Shown piece after piece: positions 1-9,858 of a stretch of 40,000 nucleotides of DNA (positions are counted from its first letter, which is position 1; each line of letters begins with the position of its first letter). The stretch lies in the sequence record MF360957.1; one strand, written 5' to 3'. The notes under the pieces were generated by a model. It was given only the letters and a program-made list of their open reading frames with translations. It was not told the DNA's origin and ran no database searches. The DNA is from Bacillus phage PBS1. The position numbers were made by a program, and so were the translations under genes.

Positions 1-86
1 AATATGTTTTTAAAATATATATTATATACTTGTTATAATATAATAAAAACATATTAGTCTTTTAGGAGGTATTTTTTAAAAAAGTT

Positions 87-260
87 ATGAAAAAAGATAA
101 CATTTTAAAGGAAAAGTTAGAAATTCGATGTCAGAGATGTGGAAATCTAGGAGCTAAAAGGAGGAGAACTAATACAAATTATATGGATGATGATAAAAAC
201 TTTGTTGTAGAATGCAATAAATGTTTTGTATTAACTGAAGAGTATTGGGAAGGACAATGA
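87..260 (+). CDS. small zinc-ribbon-like protein (57 aa), not in supplied ORF track
   Basis: ATG at 87 preceded by ttttaggaggt; translates to MKKDNILKEKLEIRCQRCGNLGAKRRRTNTNYMDDDKNFVVECNKCFVLTEEYWEGQ* with two CxxC pairs. Confidence 0.7.
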   Translation: MKKDNILKEKLEIRCQRCGNLGAKRRRTNTNYMDDDKNFVVECNKCFVLTEEYWEGQ

Positions 261-293
261 GAGATTTATTATTCACTTAGGGGATAAAAGGAG

Positions 294-926
294 ATGTTTC
301 ATTTGGGAGTAAGAGCAATTAAAAAAGAAAAATATAATGAGAGTGTTAGACGATCATTTAGAAGTCATCTAAATAGTTTATTTGAAAGTGGATTTAAGAA
401 AGACCCTGAAAACTTAGAATCACTTAAATTTGCAATTCATATTGAGGATTTAATATTAAAGAGTAATTTTTATATTGATTATTATATTCCTAATAAGGGT
501 TCTAATAAAGGTCAAATAATGAGAGCAGATGATATCTTAAATAAAAAGAAAGGTATGACTCAAGATATTACCATTCTTGAAAAATATGGTCATCTTGTTT
601 CAGATGATTTAAGTTTTAAAAGAATCAATAGATATAATTATGGGAAAATTGCTTTTAATACTAATACATATGATATTGGTATTATTAGAGGATACTATGA
701 TAATAATACTAAGACAAGAAAAAGATATAAAGTTGACTATTGTAGTATTGGAGATAGTCTAACAATTAAGACAAGTGACTGGAACGAAGAATATTGTAAA
801 GTTTATAATAGTAAAGATAAAATGATTCTTGGTGTTGAAGATGAACTATCAATACATCCAGAAATCAATAAAGTATTGGAACACTTAGATTTTAAAATGG
901 GAATCTTAAAATATAGAGGAAAATAG
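294..926 (+). CDS. hypothetical protein
   Basis: 210 aa ORF in the coding block; no family recognised. Confidence 0.65.
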   Translation: MFHLGVRAIKKEKYNESVRRSFRSHLNSLFESGFKKDPENLESLKFAIHIEDLILKSNFYIDYYIPNKGSNKGQIMRADDILNKKKGMTQDITILEKYGHLVSDDLSFKRINRYNYGKIAFNTNTYDIGIIRGYYDNNTKTRKRYKVDYCSIGDSLTIKTSDWNEEYCKVYNSKDKMILGVEDELSIHPEINKVLEHLDFKMGILKYRGK

Positions 927-938
927 GAGTATTTTATC

Positions 939-1289
939 ATGTGGACTAAAGAACAAATTGAGAAAGCATCTGAACATATTAAGAATCTAGCCTCAGAAAC
1001 AGATAGTGAAGTTCAAAAATTGTTTGCCCTCCGCTTTGAATATATAAACAATCAAGAACAAACGAGATATCGCATCTGTATGGTGGATGAATGTATAGAA
1101 AAATCTGAATGTTACTATGTATTTGTTTATATTTATAATGAAAAGGATACAGATAGTATCCTTAATATTAATTTAGAAACTATTGAAGAAAGCTTTAATG
1201 CAGGATGCTATGTTACATGGGAATACTTTGAGGATAAAAAATTAATACTTTCTGAATATCCTCATTTTATTTATGTAGAGAATCTTTAA
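939..1289 (+). CDS. hypothetical protein
   Basis: 116 aa ORF with upstream taggagtattttatcatg. Confidence 0.7.
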   Translation: MWTKEQIEKASEHIKNLASETDSEVQKLFALRFEYINNQEQTRYRICMVDECIEKSECYYVFVYIYNEKDTDSILNINLETIEESFNAGCYVTWEYFEDKKLILSEYPHFIYVENL

Positions 1290-1320
1290 AAGAAAGATAA
1301 AAATTAGGAGATGAACAACT

Positions 1321-2013
1321 ATGAAAAAACTTCTTATTCTAACAATTCTAGCTACATTATTAATTCCATTTAATACTATTGAAGCAAAATCTAAAATTAG
1401 TACTCCTTATGCAACTGTTATGGATACAACACTAGTATTTGCTGATCCAAAGGGAAAATCTAGTCAAGGTACTGAATTTGTTTTATATGTAAAAAATAAA
1501 GGTAAATATGAAGAATATGAATCAATTGAGACTTATAATGGGGAATCTTATAATTTTATTAATGTTAGAAGAAATGGTCAGTACGCTATTTCTATTAGAA
1601 AGAATGGTAAAGAGAGTAGTTTGAAAAAATTTAAGGTTACTAAATCTAAAGAAAAGGTAAAATTAAGTGGAGAAGTATTTGATACAAGAAGAGTCTATTC
1701 GCCTCTACACGTTATTACTGATAGAAAAGGTAACTTTCATGTTGGATTCAATAAAAAGGTATCAAATAAAAATGTAAAAATTAAAATGTATACTCTTGAG
1801 AAAAATGGTAAAAGAAAATATAGAGGAACTAAAAGTATAAAGGGAAATAAACCACATAGAATTGATGCTAAATTTAATAAAACTAAAAAGTCAAGAAACT
1901 TTATTTTCACTTATACTATCGGTAAGAAAGAAAGTGAGTATACATTCTTAACATACGATAAAGAAGGGAAGTACATTGATGAAGAATTTGTTTCTAAAAA
2001 AGGAAAGAGATAA
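1321..2013 (+). CDS. secreted protein with N-terminal signal peptide
   Basis: MKKLLILTILATLLIPFNTIEAKS is a typical Sec signal peptide; basic, beta-rich remainder; SD aggag upstream. Confidence 0.7.
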   Translation: MKKLLILTILATLLIPFNTIEAKSKISTPYATVMDTTLVFADPKGKSSQGTEFVLYVKNKGKYEEYESIETYNGESYNFINVRRNGQYAISIRKNGKESSLKKFKVTKSKEKVKLSGEVFDTRRVYSPLHVITDRKGNFHVGFNKKVSNKNVKIKMYTLEKNGKRKYRGTKSIKGNKPHRIDAKFNKTKKSRNFIFTYTIGKKESEYTFLTYDKEGKYIDEEFVSKKGKR

Positions 2014-2223
2014 ATGAGTGCTAAAAATATTGTCAAATTTCTTAATAATATTATGATTATATTATCAGTGATTGGAGGGGTGTTAGCAATAGCACTCTTT
2101 ATCACTAACTTTATTAGTGAAGATAGTTATTCATTTGTATCTACCCTTCTTATTGATTGGTTAGGTGTATTTTGTTCAGTCGGAGCATCTAATACAATCT
2201 TTTATTATATCATATTGAGATAA
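2014..2223 (+). CDS. small membrane protein with two predicted hydrophobic helices
   Basis: 69 aa ORF directly downstream; two hydrophobic segments. Confidence 0.65.
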   Translation: MSAKNIVKFLNNIMIILSVIGGVLAIALFITNFISEDSYSFVSTLLIDWLGVFCSVGASNTIFYYIILR

Positions 2224-2236
2224 TAAAGGGAAGTGA

Positions 2237-2869
2237 TTGATAATGGCAGACAAATATCCAAGTTTCGAAGTATTAGCAGAGAATGAAAAAAGAGGTATTG
2301 ATTATGATATCTTTACTAGATTCAGTGGACTTAGGACTACAATTGTTTGTCCTCATGCTGGAGGGATTGAAGTTGGGACTAGTGAATTAGCTAGAAATAC
2401 GGCTTTAACTGATTTCAATATTTATCTATTTGAAGGGTTAAAACCAACTGATAATAAAGATCTTCATATTACTAGTGCAAAATTTGATGAGCCAACAGCA
2501 TTAGAAATAATGAGTAAAAGTGAGTTTGCATTATCATATCATGGATTTAAATCTGATGAAAAATATACGATTGTTGGTGGCTCTAATGAAGAACTAAATA
2601 AAAATTTAGTTAAAAGGCTACAAAATGGAGGCTTTAATGCTGTTCTAGCTACTGACCGCTTTGCAGGTGCTGATCCAAACAATATTGTTAATAGAACAAC
2701 AACAGGAATTGGAGTTCAACTCGAACTAAGTACCACTCAGAGAAAAGCATTCTTCCTAAATAATGATTGGAGTAAAAATAATCGTATGAATTTCACTGAT
2801 GAATTTAGACTTTACGTAGCAATTGTAAGAGATTTTCTAAAATATAATGAAAATCAAAATGTTGCATAA
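2237..2869 (+). CDS. poly-gamma-glutamate hydrolase family protein (PghP-like zinc peptidase)
   Basis: YPSFEVLAENEKRGIDYDI, CPHAGGIEVGTSELA, YLFEGLK and LSYHGF motifs resemble the phage poly-gamma-glutamate hydrolase family. Confidence 0.8.
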   Translation: MIMADKYPSFEVLAENEKRGIDYDIFTRFSGLRTTIVCPHAGGIEVGTSELARNTALTDFNIYLFEGLKPTDNKDLHITSAKFDEPTALEIMSKSEFALSYHGFKSDEKYTIVGGSNEELNKNLVKRLQNGGFNAVLATDRFAGADPNNIVNRTTTGIGVQLELSTTQRKAFFLNNDWSKNNRMNFTDEFRLYVAIVRDFLKYNENQNVA

Positions 2870-2880
2870 TTAATAAAATA

Positions 2881-2916
2881 AGACTATACCATAATTGGTA
2901 TAGTCTTATTTTTTTT
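2881..2916. terminator. bidirectional hairpin terminator between convergent genes
   Basis: agactatacc-ataatt-ggtatagtct followed by a T run. Confidence 0.85.
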
Positions 2917-5180
2917 TAATAATGTACTTTAACCATATCATTTTTAATGATTAATGTTAAGTTATCTTTAGTAAAAATATAATTATTCTTCTTATCCAAT
3001 TCTAACTTTTCCCACCAACTACCAGTAAGAACTTTAGAGATCTTTTGTGTATTTAAGTCAATTGTTTGAGAAATAATAGATCTCTTAGTAACGTCAAGAA
3101 CATTATTTAGAGATTCCAATTTATCTTTATCAGTAATACTATCATTATTCACAATTGCTTCACAGAATCTAATAGTATTTTTCATTGCTTCAGCAGGAGC
3201 ATTTTTCTTTTTATCATTTAAAACATCTTCAACTTTTGGAAGAGAAGACCATCCTTTTAAAGTAAATTCTAGTAAACGACTCATATAGAAATCATCAGGG
3301 TGAGATTCAGCAACTTCTCGTCCAATACCTTGATATTCTAGTCTAGAATTTAGACCATGTGCTTCTAATACTCGAATTTGATCAGCATTAAATTGTGCAA
3401 AATGTTCTGTCTTTTTCATGTTATATGATTTATTTTTCAATTCATTGATATAATATTTAACCACTTTTTGTTTTGCTTTAAGAACATTAATGTCATGAAC
3501 AATATTTAAAATATTCTCTGGATCATTATTTTTAGCATATAATCTATTGATAATTGGAAGAGATTCTAAATTAAAGGTAACGTCAATGCTATTTACAGTT
3601 TTTTGCCCATCTTCTTCATTCCAATTAGCATCTAGATGCATGAATAATTTATCAAAATCAATAACTCCTTCTTGATGTAATGCCAATAACTTATCATATG
3701 TGTCTTTATCAATACGTACAGTAATTTTATTTACATTGAGATTTCCATCTTTAATGATAGTTTGAGTGCGGTAAATACATGAGTCAACTTCTTTAGGAAG
3801 ATCCACACGTTTAGCTTCTATTGGGTTAATAGAAACCTTACCATTAATTTTATAACGAATACTAATATTCAGATGTTTAGCGTTAAAAATTAGTTCATTC
3901 ATAGGAGCTAATGGTTTTTCATCACTTTTCCTGAATACATTAAAAGTATCAGTTACCTTCTTACCAATACGATTATATTCACTACTATCTAAAGGAATAT
4001 AATAGTTATTTCCAGTTGTTAAAACTTTAAGCAGATCCATAACACAGAAAGCATCTTCTTTAGGAAGATATTCCTCTTCAGCTCTTCCATCTTTAAAACG
4101 TGTTTTATTAACAAAAATAGCTTTATTAAGCTCTTTCATATATTCTTGTCTTGCATCAGCAGTAAATGATTCCATATGTTTGTCAATGAAATACTTGTCA
4201 CCAATACTCATATGCATAATATCAAGCGATTCATCTGCTTTTCCAGCATAATATAACTCATAAGCTAATGCATATTTAAAGTTAGTCTCAGTAGTAACTG
4301 GGATTTTAGAATTAATTGAATCAACATCAATAATTTCATCATTTACTTTAATTTCTTTTGCATCAGTAATAATAAAGAATTGATTTTTAATTTTATTGAG
4401 GAAATCTAGATGCATACTTCCTTCAGAATACTTAGTGTTTTTATTACTTAGATACAAAATTCTTGAATTTTCATCAGCATCAATAGTAACCTTCTCAGAT
4501 ACCATATCGCTTAAAATTTGATAGTTATGACTAAAAATATCATCATAATCATTAATCTTACTAGAGTGAATTAATCGTCCAAACATAGTCTGAGCTGACA
4601 TTTCTTCTAATAAAGCTCTATTATAATAATTACCATAACCAATTGTATTTAAAGCCATAATATCATCTTTAATGGAATCAATTCTTTCCCAAATTAACTC
4701 ATATTCTTTTTTCTCATTGCTTACTACAGGAACACCGTCAGTAAAGAAAGTCACATTAAAATTAGGACAGAGGGCTTTTAAGTCATCAATAATTTCTTTA
4801 ACATGCAATAGTGATTCAGAAAAACAAGTAGCACCAACAGGTGATTTAAGAGTATCGAGTAAAATATTAATATCTTCAGAATCACGTTTTGATTTACCTT
4901 TAAACACTGTTTTACATTGACCTTCACTAGAGAACCAGATAACTGAAATTAGATCATTATCACTCATTAATCGTAATGTACCTTTAACATTTTCAATTAA
5001 TTGTGGTAAATCAGTATTCATTGACCAAGACCGATCTAATACATGGATATGATGTAATCTATCAACTTCAATACTACTTTCTTTTACTTCTTCTTTAGAG
5101 TAATTGATAGCAATGACAGTTTTTTCAGTATTTCCCAATTTAATTTGACTTTTATATGTTTTCATCATGTTCCTCCTCAA
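2916..5180 (-). CDS. von Willebrand factor A (VWA) domain protein
   Basis: HIHVLDRSWSMNTDL (MIDAS-like DxSxS) and FFTDGVP; 754 aa. Confidence 0.8.
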   Translation of the reverse strand: MRRNMMKTYKSQIKLGNTEKTVIAINYSKEEVKESSIEVDRLHHIHVLDRSWSMNTDLPQLIENVKGTLRLMSDNDLISVIWFSSEGQCKTVFKGKSKRDSEDINILLDTLKSPVGATCFSESLLHVKEIIDDLKALCPNFNVTFFTDGVPVVSNEKKEYELIWERIDSIKDDIMALNTIGYGNYYNRALLEEMSAQTMFGRLIHSSKINDYDDIFSHNYQILSDMVSEKVTIDADENSRILYLSNKNTKYSEGSMHLDFLNKIKNQFFIITDAKEIKVNDEIIDVDSINSKIPVTTETNFKYALAYELYYAGKADESLDIMHMSIGDKYFIDKHMESFTADARQEYMKELNKAIFVNKTRFKDGRAEEEYLPKEDAFCVMDLLKVLTTGNNYYIPLDSSEYNRIGKKVTDTFNVFRKSDEKPLAPMNELIFNAKHLNISIRYKINGKVSINPIEAKRVDLPKEVDSCIYRTQTIIKDGNLNVNKITVRIDKDTYDKLLALHQEGVIDFDKLFMHLDANWNEEDGQKTVNSIDVTFNLESLPIINRLYAKNNDPENILNIVHDINVLKAKQKVVKYYINELKNKSYNMKKTEHFAQFNADQIRVLEAHGLNSRLEYQGIGREVAESHPDDFYMSRLLEFTLKGWSSLPKVEDVLNDKKKNAPAEAMKNTIRFCEAIVNNDSITDKDKLESLNNVLDVTKRSIISQTIDLNTQKISKVLTGSWWEKLELDKKNNYIFTKDNLTLIIKNDMVKVHY

Positions 5181-5314
5181 GATTTTCAGTTTTACAATTG
5201 AGTGTTTGAACTTCTCATAAAAAGTTAGGAGAAAACCGTATCAAAATTTTTTTATAAATATATATTATAATTGGGATAAATGGTGCAATTTATTCGAAAA
5301 GGAGAGAAAAAATT

Positions 5315-6064
5315 ATGGGGAGAATTTTTATGGAGAGTGAACAAGGGATTGTGGAAGTGGAAGAAAAAGGAAATATTTATGAATTAACTGAAATCATGAA
5401 GGAAAAAGGTAGATCAGTGAAACTTAAGAAAACACATTTTATGGAAAGAGATGAATTAGTGAAGTCTATGGATTTTAATTTAGTATCAGATAGTGTTATT
5501 ACTAATTTTGAATTACAATTTTTAATTGGAAACAGTGATGTTCTTAATAGAAAAGATAGTGATATAGAATTATTTTTCCACAAAAGATTAAAAGTATTCC
5601 TAACAGAGATGTTAGTTGAAAAATTAACTAATAATGAAATTAAAGGTGCAACATATTCATTCTTTGGAAATATGGGAAATGAACATTTTGTATCACATAT
5701 TGATAAAGTTCAAATTTTTAAAGATGAAAATAAAGCAAATTTTGTCTTCTCAAGTGTATTAGATGGGAAAATTAACAGCCTAGATGTTGATTTACATAAA
5801 ATGAAAAATGAATTTCATGTTGATAAATTATTCAATATTATGAATAATATTATCGGTGAAGATGTTCGTACTATTAATCTAAACTGTAGTTATAACACAC
5901 TTAACAATAGACGATTATTTAATGTAAATATGTTACCTCTACTTATTGGCTATAAAACTAGCACTACACAAACTGAAAATTATCTATGTACCATCACAGT
6001 ATTTGACATAAATCTTTGGAAGGAGCCATTTATGATAGATAAAGAGCTAGGAAGAAATATATAA
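5315..6064 (+). CDS. hypothetical protein
   Basis: 249 aa ORF with aaaggagagaaaaaattatg; weak resemblance to the next ORF. Confidence 0.65.
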   Translation: MGRIFMESEQGIVEVEEKGNIYELTEIMKEKGRSVKLKKTHFMERDELVKSMDFNLVSDSVITNFELQFLIGNSDVLNRKDSDIELFFHKRLKVFLTEMLVEKLTNNEIKGATYSFFGNMGNEHFVSHIDKVQIFKDENKANFVFSSVLDGKINSLDVDLHKMKNEFHVDKLFNIMNNIIGEDVRTINLNCSYNTLNNRRLFNVNMLPLLIGYKTSTTQTENYLCTITVFDINLWKEPFMIDKELGRNI

Positions 6065-6082
6065 ATTATTTAAATATGGGAG

Positions 6083-6886
6083 ATGAGTGAAGAAATGACA
6101 CCACCAATGGAGGAATATAGAGGATTATGTAATAGTGAAAGCATTCTAAGTATTTTTGATAGAAACTATAGATTTAGCGTTTCTAGAAATATTAAAGGTT
6201 TTAGCTTCACTGAGTCAATTAGAAATCCCTATGGCAACAATAAGATGAACATCGGATCCCTTTCACAAGATAAAGAAGGCATCATTAATGTTATAGATTA
6301 TAGTAGATTAGATAAAGAATATAAATTGTCTAATCAAGTGGAATATGAATTCTTTATTAAAGATGTAAGAACTATTAATAAAGATTTTAAACTTTACAAA
6401 ATATTCTTCTATAATGTTATTAGAGAAATGATATGGGAGAGAATAAAGGAAACTCAAACATTTGACGGTTACAAAATCCCAGATAACCTTGAAATTAACT
6501 TAGTTGATACAGTTAATTTCATGAGTATTGACATTCCTTCAAGAATGGTGAATTTTGATGAGATTCATTATAGTTATGGTAGATTTAATGATTCTATTAG
6601 TATTGATTTTGAATTTGCTAATAAATATATTGATTTAGATAAATTGATTAATTTAGTTAATTCTGGTATTGAAAATAAAGAGCTAATAGAAATAGAAATG
6701 TCTCTACATACACATAGGAACTTTAAAGATAATAGAGATGATTATTTATTTGATCTACCAATATTTATGAATTGCCACTCAGATCCAATAGACCCTAGAG
6801 ATTCTAAGGAGGATTGGATAACAACAATGGCTATATTTAGTAATGAACTATGGGATGGAAATTATGAAAATTTTATAAAAAAATAA
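6083..6886 (+). CDS. hypothetical protein
   Basis: 267 aa ORF; possible start at internal M. Confidence 0.65.
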   Translation: MSEEMTPPMEEYRGLCNSESILSIFDRNYRFSVSRNIKGFSFTESIRNPYGNNKMNIGSLSQDKEGIINVIDYSRLDKEYKLSNQVEYEFFIKDVRTINKDFKLYKIFFYNVIREMIWERIKETQTFDGYKIPDNLEINLVDTVNFMSIDIPSRMVNFDEIHYSYGRFNDSISIDFEFANKYIDLDKLINLVNSGIENKELIEIEMSLHTHRNFKDNRDDYLFDLPIFMNCHSDPIDPRDSKEDWITTMAIFSNELWDGNYENFIKK

Positions 6887-6935
6887 AAGGAGGGAGTGAG
6901 TACATACCGTACCCCACTGCCCTTCTTTTTTTTTA
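6886..6935 (+). terminator. imperfect hairpin followed by T run
   Basis: aaggagggagtgagtac / gtaccccactgcccttc then ttttttttt. Confidence 0.65.
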
Positions 6936-7131
6936 TTCTGATTTTTCAAATTCAAATCCAATTAAATCTGATATTCCTAAGTTACCATCTTTACAATTAC
7001 ATATACTTGTTTTCTTAACTGGGATACCATTCCATGGTAATGGCTTATCATTTATAAGACCAATTAATGATATTAGTCCATTAGGAACATGAGTACTTTA
7101 AATATAATTATTTCTTAAATATTTTCTATAC

Positions 7132-7347
7132 TTAATGTTTCATTCTTTTATTTAGCTCTTCCACAACTTTTTCAATATCACTTTCAAACCCATATGCATT
7201 TAAGAATGCATTAGGAGTAACTCTAGATTTTTCATTATACTGAATTAGTACTTGAAATAAATTAAGAAGGTTATTCTTTTTCATTTCTTCTAAGACGATA
7301 TTATTTTCTTCAATAAAGCTAATTTTTTCAATAGTATTAACGCTCAT
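7132..7347 (-). CDS. hypothetical protein
   Basis: 71 aa ORF; overlaps the next minus ORF as in an operon. Confidence 0.6.
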   Translation of the reverse strand: MSVNTIEKISFIEENNIVLEEMKKNNLLNLFQVLIQYNEKSRVTPNAFLNAYGFESDIEKVVEELNKRMKH

Positions 7348-7537
7348 TATTCAAACCTCTCCTTCTGATCTCTTTACTTGTTAAATCCAAGATTGAATTT
7401 TGACGTTTGATATATTCTTCTACAATATTACCACCAATTGAATGATCAAGAATTCTTCTCTTAGCATCCTCTTGACAAGCTAAGAGAGATTCATTATCTA
7501 GATTCTTAATACTATTAATATAAAATGCTGTATTCAT
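7337..7537 (-). CDS. hypothetical protein
   Basis: 66 aa ORF with aggaggaaat upstream. Confidence 0.65.
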   Translation of the reverse strand: MNTAFYINSIKNLDNESLLACQEDAKRRILDHSIGGNIVEEYIKRQNSILDLTSKEIRRRGLNNER

Positions 7538-7545
7538 ATTTCCTC

Positions 7546-8106
7546 CTAGAGACGATTATATTTGAGTGCCATTAATATTGAAGATTTACTAGCTTTATAG
7601 ATTTTATTATCCACTATTAAATTAAGAGCTTCCTCTTTTGTAAATGCTTTTACTTCTCCAATTTCACCTTTTTGTGGAATAATATCATCAATAGTTGATC
7701 TCTTTAACCTAGTAATAAAAGTAAAATCCCTTTTATATTTAATCTGACCTCTCTTTAAATAAAACTTATCAGTATAATCAACAAGTTCAACTGTATAAGT
7801 TTGTATACCTGCCTTAATTCCAAATTCTTCTTCTAACTCTCTTAAAGCACATCTCATTGGTGATTCTCCTTTTTCAAGACCACCTCCGGGAATTGTCCAT
7901 TTATATTCTTCTTCACCATTTGCAATTTTCTCATGTACAAAATCTGGTAAGTCTGTTCTTGTTCCCAAAATAATTCTATCTTTATCATCTAGTAAAATAA
8001 TACCACAACCAATATCTCTAAAACTACTATTGACCTTCTTGTTAACTGTGATATCTTTTACTTTCTCAAAGATTGAGATATCACTATCTTTTCTTTTTGG
8101 AATCAT
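7546..8106 (-). CDS. Nudix hydrolase
   Basis: Nudix box GGGLEKGESPMRCALRELEEEFGI. Confidence 0.9.
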   Translation of the reverse strand: MIPKRKDSDISIFEKVKDITVNKKVNSSFRDIGCGIILLDDKDRIILGTRTDLPDFVHEKIANGEEEYKWTIPGGGLEKGESPMRCALRELEEEFGIKAGIQTYTVELVDYTDKFYLKRGQIKYKRDFTFITRLKRSTIDDIIPQKGEIGEVKAFTKEEALNLIVDNKIYKASKSSILMALKYNRL

Positions 8107-8235
8107 AATTATATTTCTCCTTTTTAAATTATTCTTTTTAATAATATATATTTAATGACTAATTTAAATAATTCTTTCTTACATACATTAATTGGTTATG
8201 TATTTTTTATAAATAATAAAAGATATCATTTTATA

Positions 8236-8248
8236 TAACAACATGTTA
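8236..8248. promoter_or_regulatory. overlapping divergent AACA-N6-TA elements
   Basis: Plus strand AACAACATGTTA (8237-8248); minus strand AACATGTTGTTA (8247-8236); lies between divergent genes. Confidence 0.35.
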
Positions 8249-8371
8249 TATATTTGAATATCCTTTATTATTATTTTATTAAATAATATTTTTTTTTATT
8301 AATCCTTCCCTAAAAACCCCTATTATTAATTTTGTTTATTTTTTTATTTGCTTAAAAAAATTAGAGAATGG

Positions 8372-8383
8372 AACATTATATTA
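8372..8383 (+). promoter_or_regulatory. candidate phage RNAP promoter
   Basis: AACAttatatTA, 30 nt upstream of the PhoH-like start. Confidence 0.4.
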
Positions 8384-8412
8384 AATTTGATGGGAAGGAT
8401 TGAGATTAGATC

Positions 8413-9741
8413 ATGAGCAATAAAACTTTTGTCTTAGATACATCAGTACTATGTCATTACCCTGAATCATTATTTTCTTTTGAGGATAATAAGATTGTAA
8501 TAACAGAAACAGTTATTGAAGAATTAAGTAAGCGTAGAAAATCAAGTGATGAATCAGGAAAAAATGCTCGTGATGCTATTAGATATATTAATGAACTGAG
8601 TAAGCAAGGCAATATTACTGAAGGTATAGAGATGGATAATGAGGGTATTATTGTCATTGAAACTAATTATGCTGATATTGAAATGCCAGATGGCTGGAAT
8701 AAAAATGATAATGATAATAAAATGCTTCAAGTCTGTCAATATTTAATAAATCAAGGTGAAGATGTACATTTTGTAACAAAAAGTCCTTTAAGAAGTCTTA
8801 AGGCAACTATTCTTGAGATTCAAAATGAAGATTTTATTACTGATAGAGTTGAAGATGAATATTCAGGTAGACGAGATATCTTATTAACAGAAGATGATCT
8901 AAATTTATTCTTCTCTGAAGGCACTATCGATACATTAACAACTGAAATGTATGATATGGACGGTAATATTATTGATCCTAGTATCTTAACAGAGAATGAA
9001 TATATTACCCTAATGTCAAATACAGATTTAAATCAAACGGGTTTAGGTTACTATACAAATGGTTATATTAAAAAGTTAATTTTTGGAGAATATAATCCTT
9101 ATCAAGTCCAACCTAAAAATGCGGCTCAAAGATTTGCTATTGATGCATTAATGCAAACTCCAAAAGAAACACCATTGGTAATACTAAAAGGTCCAGCAGG
9201 AACAGCTAAAACTTTTCTATCAATTGCTTCAGCACTAGATACAGTAGTTGATAGACAAGAATATAGACGGATTTTAGTTTGTAGACCAAATGTTTTAATG
9301 GAAGAAACACTTGGATTCCTTCCGGGAGATGAAAATGAAAAAATAGCACCATTAATGCGCCCTATTATGGATAATTTAGAAGTATTAATTGATGAACAAT
9401 CAGTAATAAATAATCTATTTGAAACAGAAACTATCGTTACCCAAGCAGTTGGATACTTACGAGGAAGATCTATTCCTAATACTTTTATTATTATAGATGA
9501 AGCACAAAATGTTACACCTAAAGCAATGAAAGGTATTCTTTCTCGTGTTGGTTATGGTACAAAAATTGTTATTTGTGGAGATACTGATCAGATTGATCAT
9601 CCTTATTTAACTAAAGCTGTTAATGGTTTAGCATATGCTTCTGATAAAATGAAAGGTAGTTCACTTTGCAGACAAATCACTTTTAAAACTGAAGAAAATC
9701 AAAGATCTCCTTTAGCTCAAGAAGTAACAGAACGATTATAA
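8413..9741 (+). CDS. PIN domain plus PhoH-like ATPase
   Basis: N-terminal PIN-like MSNKTFVLDTSVLCHYP; Walker A GPAGTAKT; Walker B FIIIDEAQN; PhoH signature GYGTKIVICGDTDQID. Confidence 0.92.
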   Translation: MSNKTFVLDTSVLCHYPESLFSFEDNKIVITETVIEELSKRRKSSDESGKNARDAIRYINELSKQGNITEGIEMDNEGIIVIETNYADIEMPDGWNKNDNDNKMLQVCQYLINQGEDVHFVTKSPLRSLKATILEIQNEDFITDRVEDEYSGRRDILLTEDDLNLFFSEGTIDTLTTEMYDMDGNIIDPSILTENEYITLMSNTDLNQTGLGYYTNGYIKKLIFGEYNPYQVQPKNAAQRFAIDALMQTPKETPLVILKGPAGTAKTFLSIASALDTVVDRQEYRRILVCRPNVLMEETLGFLPGDENEKIAPLMRPIMDNLEVLIDEQSVINNLFETETIVTQAVGYLRGRSIPNTFIIIDEAQNVTPKAMKGILSRVGYGTKIVICGDTDQIDHPYLTKAVNGLAYASDKMKGSSLCRQITFKTEENQRSPLAQEVTERL

Positions 9742-9798
9742 GAAAAACAAGGATTTGGTGGTTAATTATACCGCTGAATCCTTGTTTTTCCTATTTTT
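9742..9798 (+). terminator. hairpin terminator
   Basis: gaaaaacaaggatt ... aatccttgtttttc, 14-bp stem abutting the stop codon, then T-rich stretch. Confidence 0.75.
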
Positions 9799-9804
9799 TA
9801 ACAA

Positions 9805-9816
9805 AACAATGCATTA
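9805..9816 (+). promoter_or_regulatory. candidate phage RNAP promoter
   Basis: AACAatgcatTA, followed by TAGG. Confidence 0.45.
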
Positions 9817-9858
9817 TAGGAATCTACAAATAGAATGTTGATATAAGGGGGATTAAAC

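Noticed and set aside
4672-4920. 82-aa plus-strand ORF
   Set aside because: Lies inside and antisense to the VWA-domain gene.
8457-8739. Minus-strand ORFs 8457-8657 and 8554-8739
   Set aside because: Both antisense to the PIN-PhoH gene with no RBS context.
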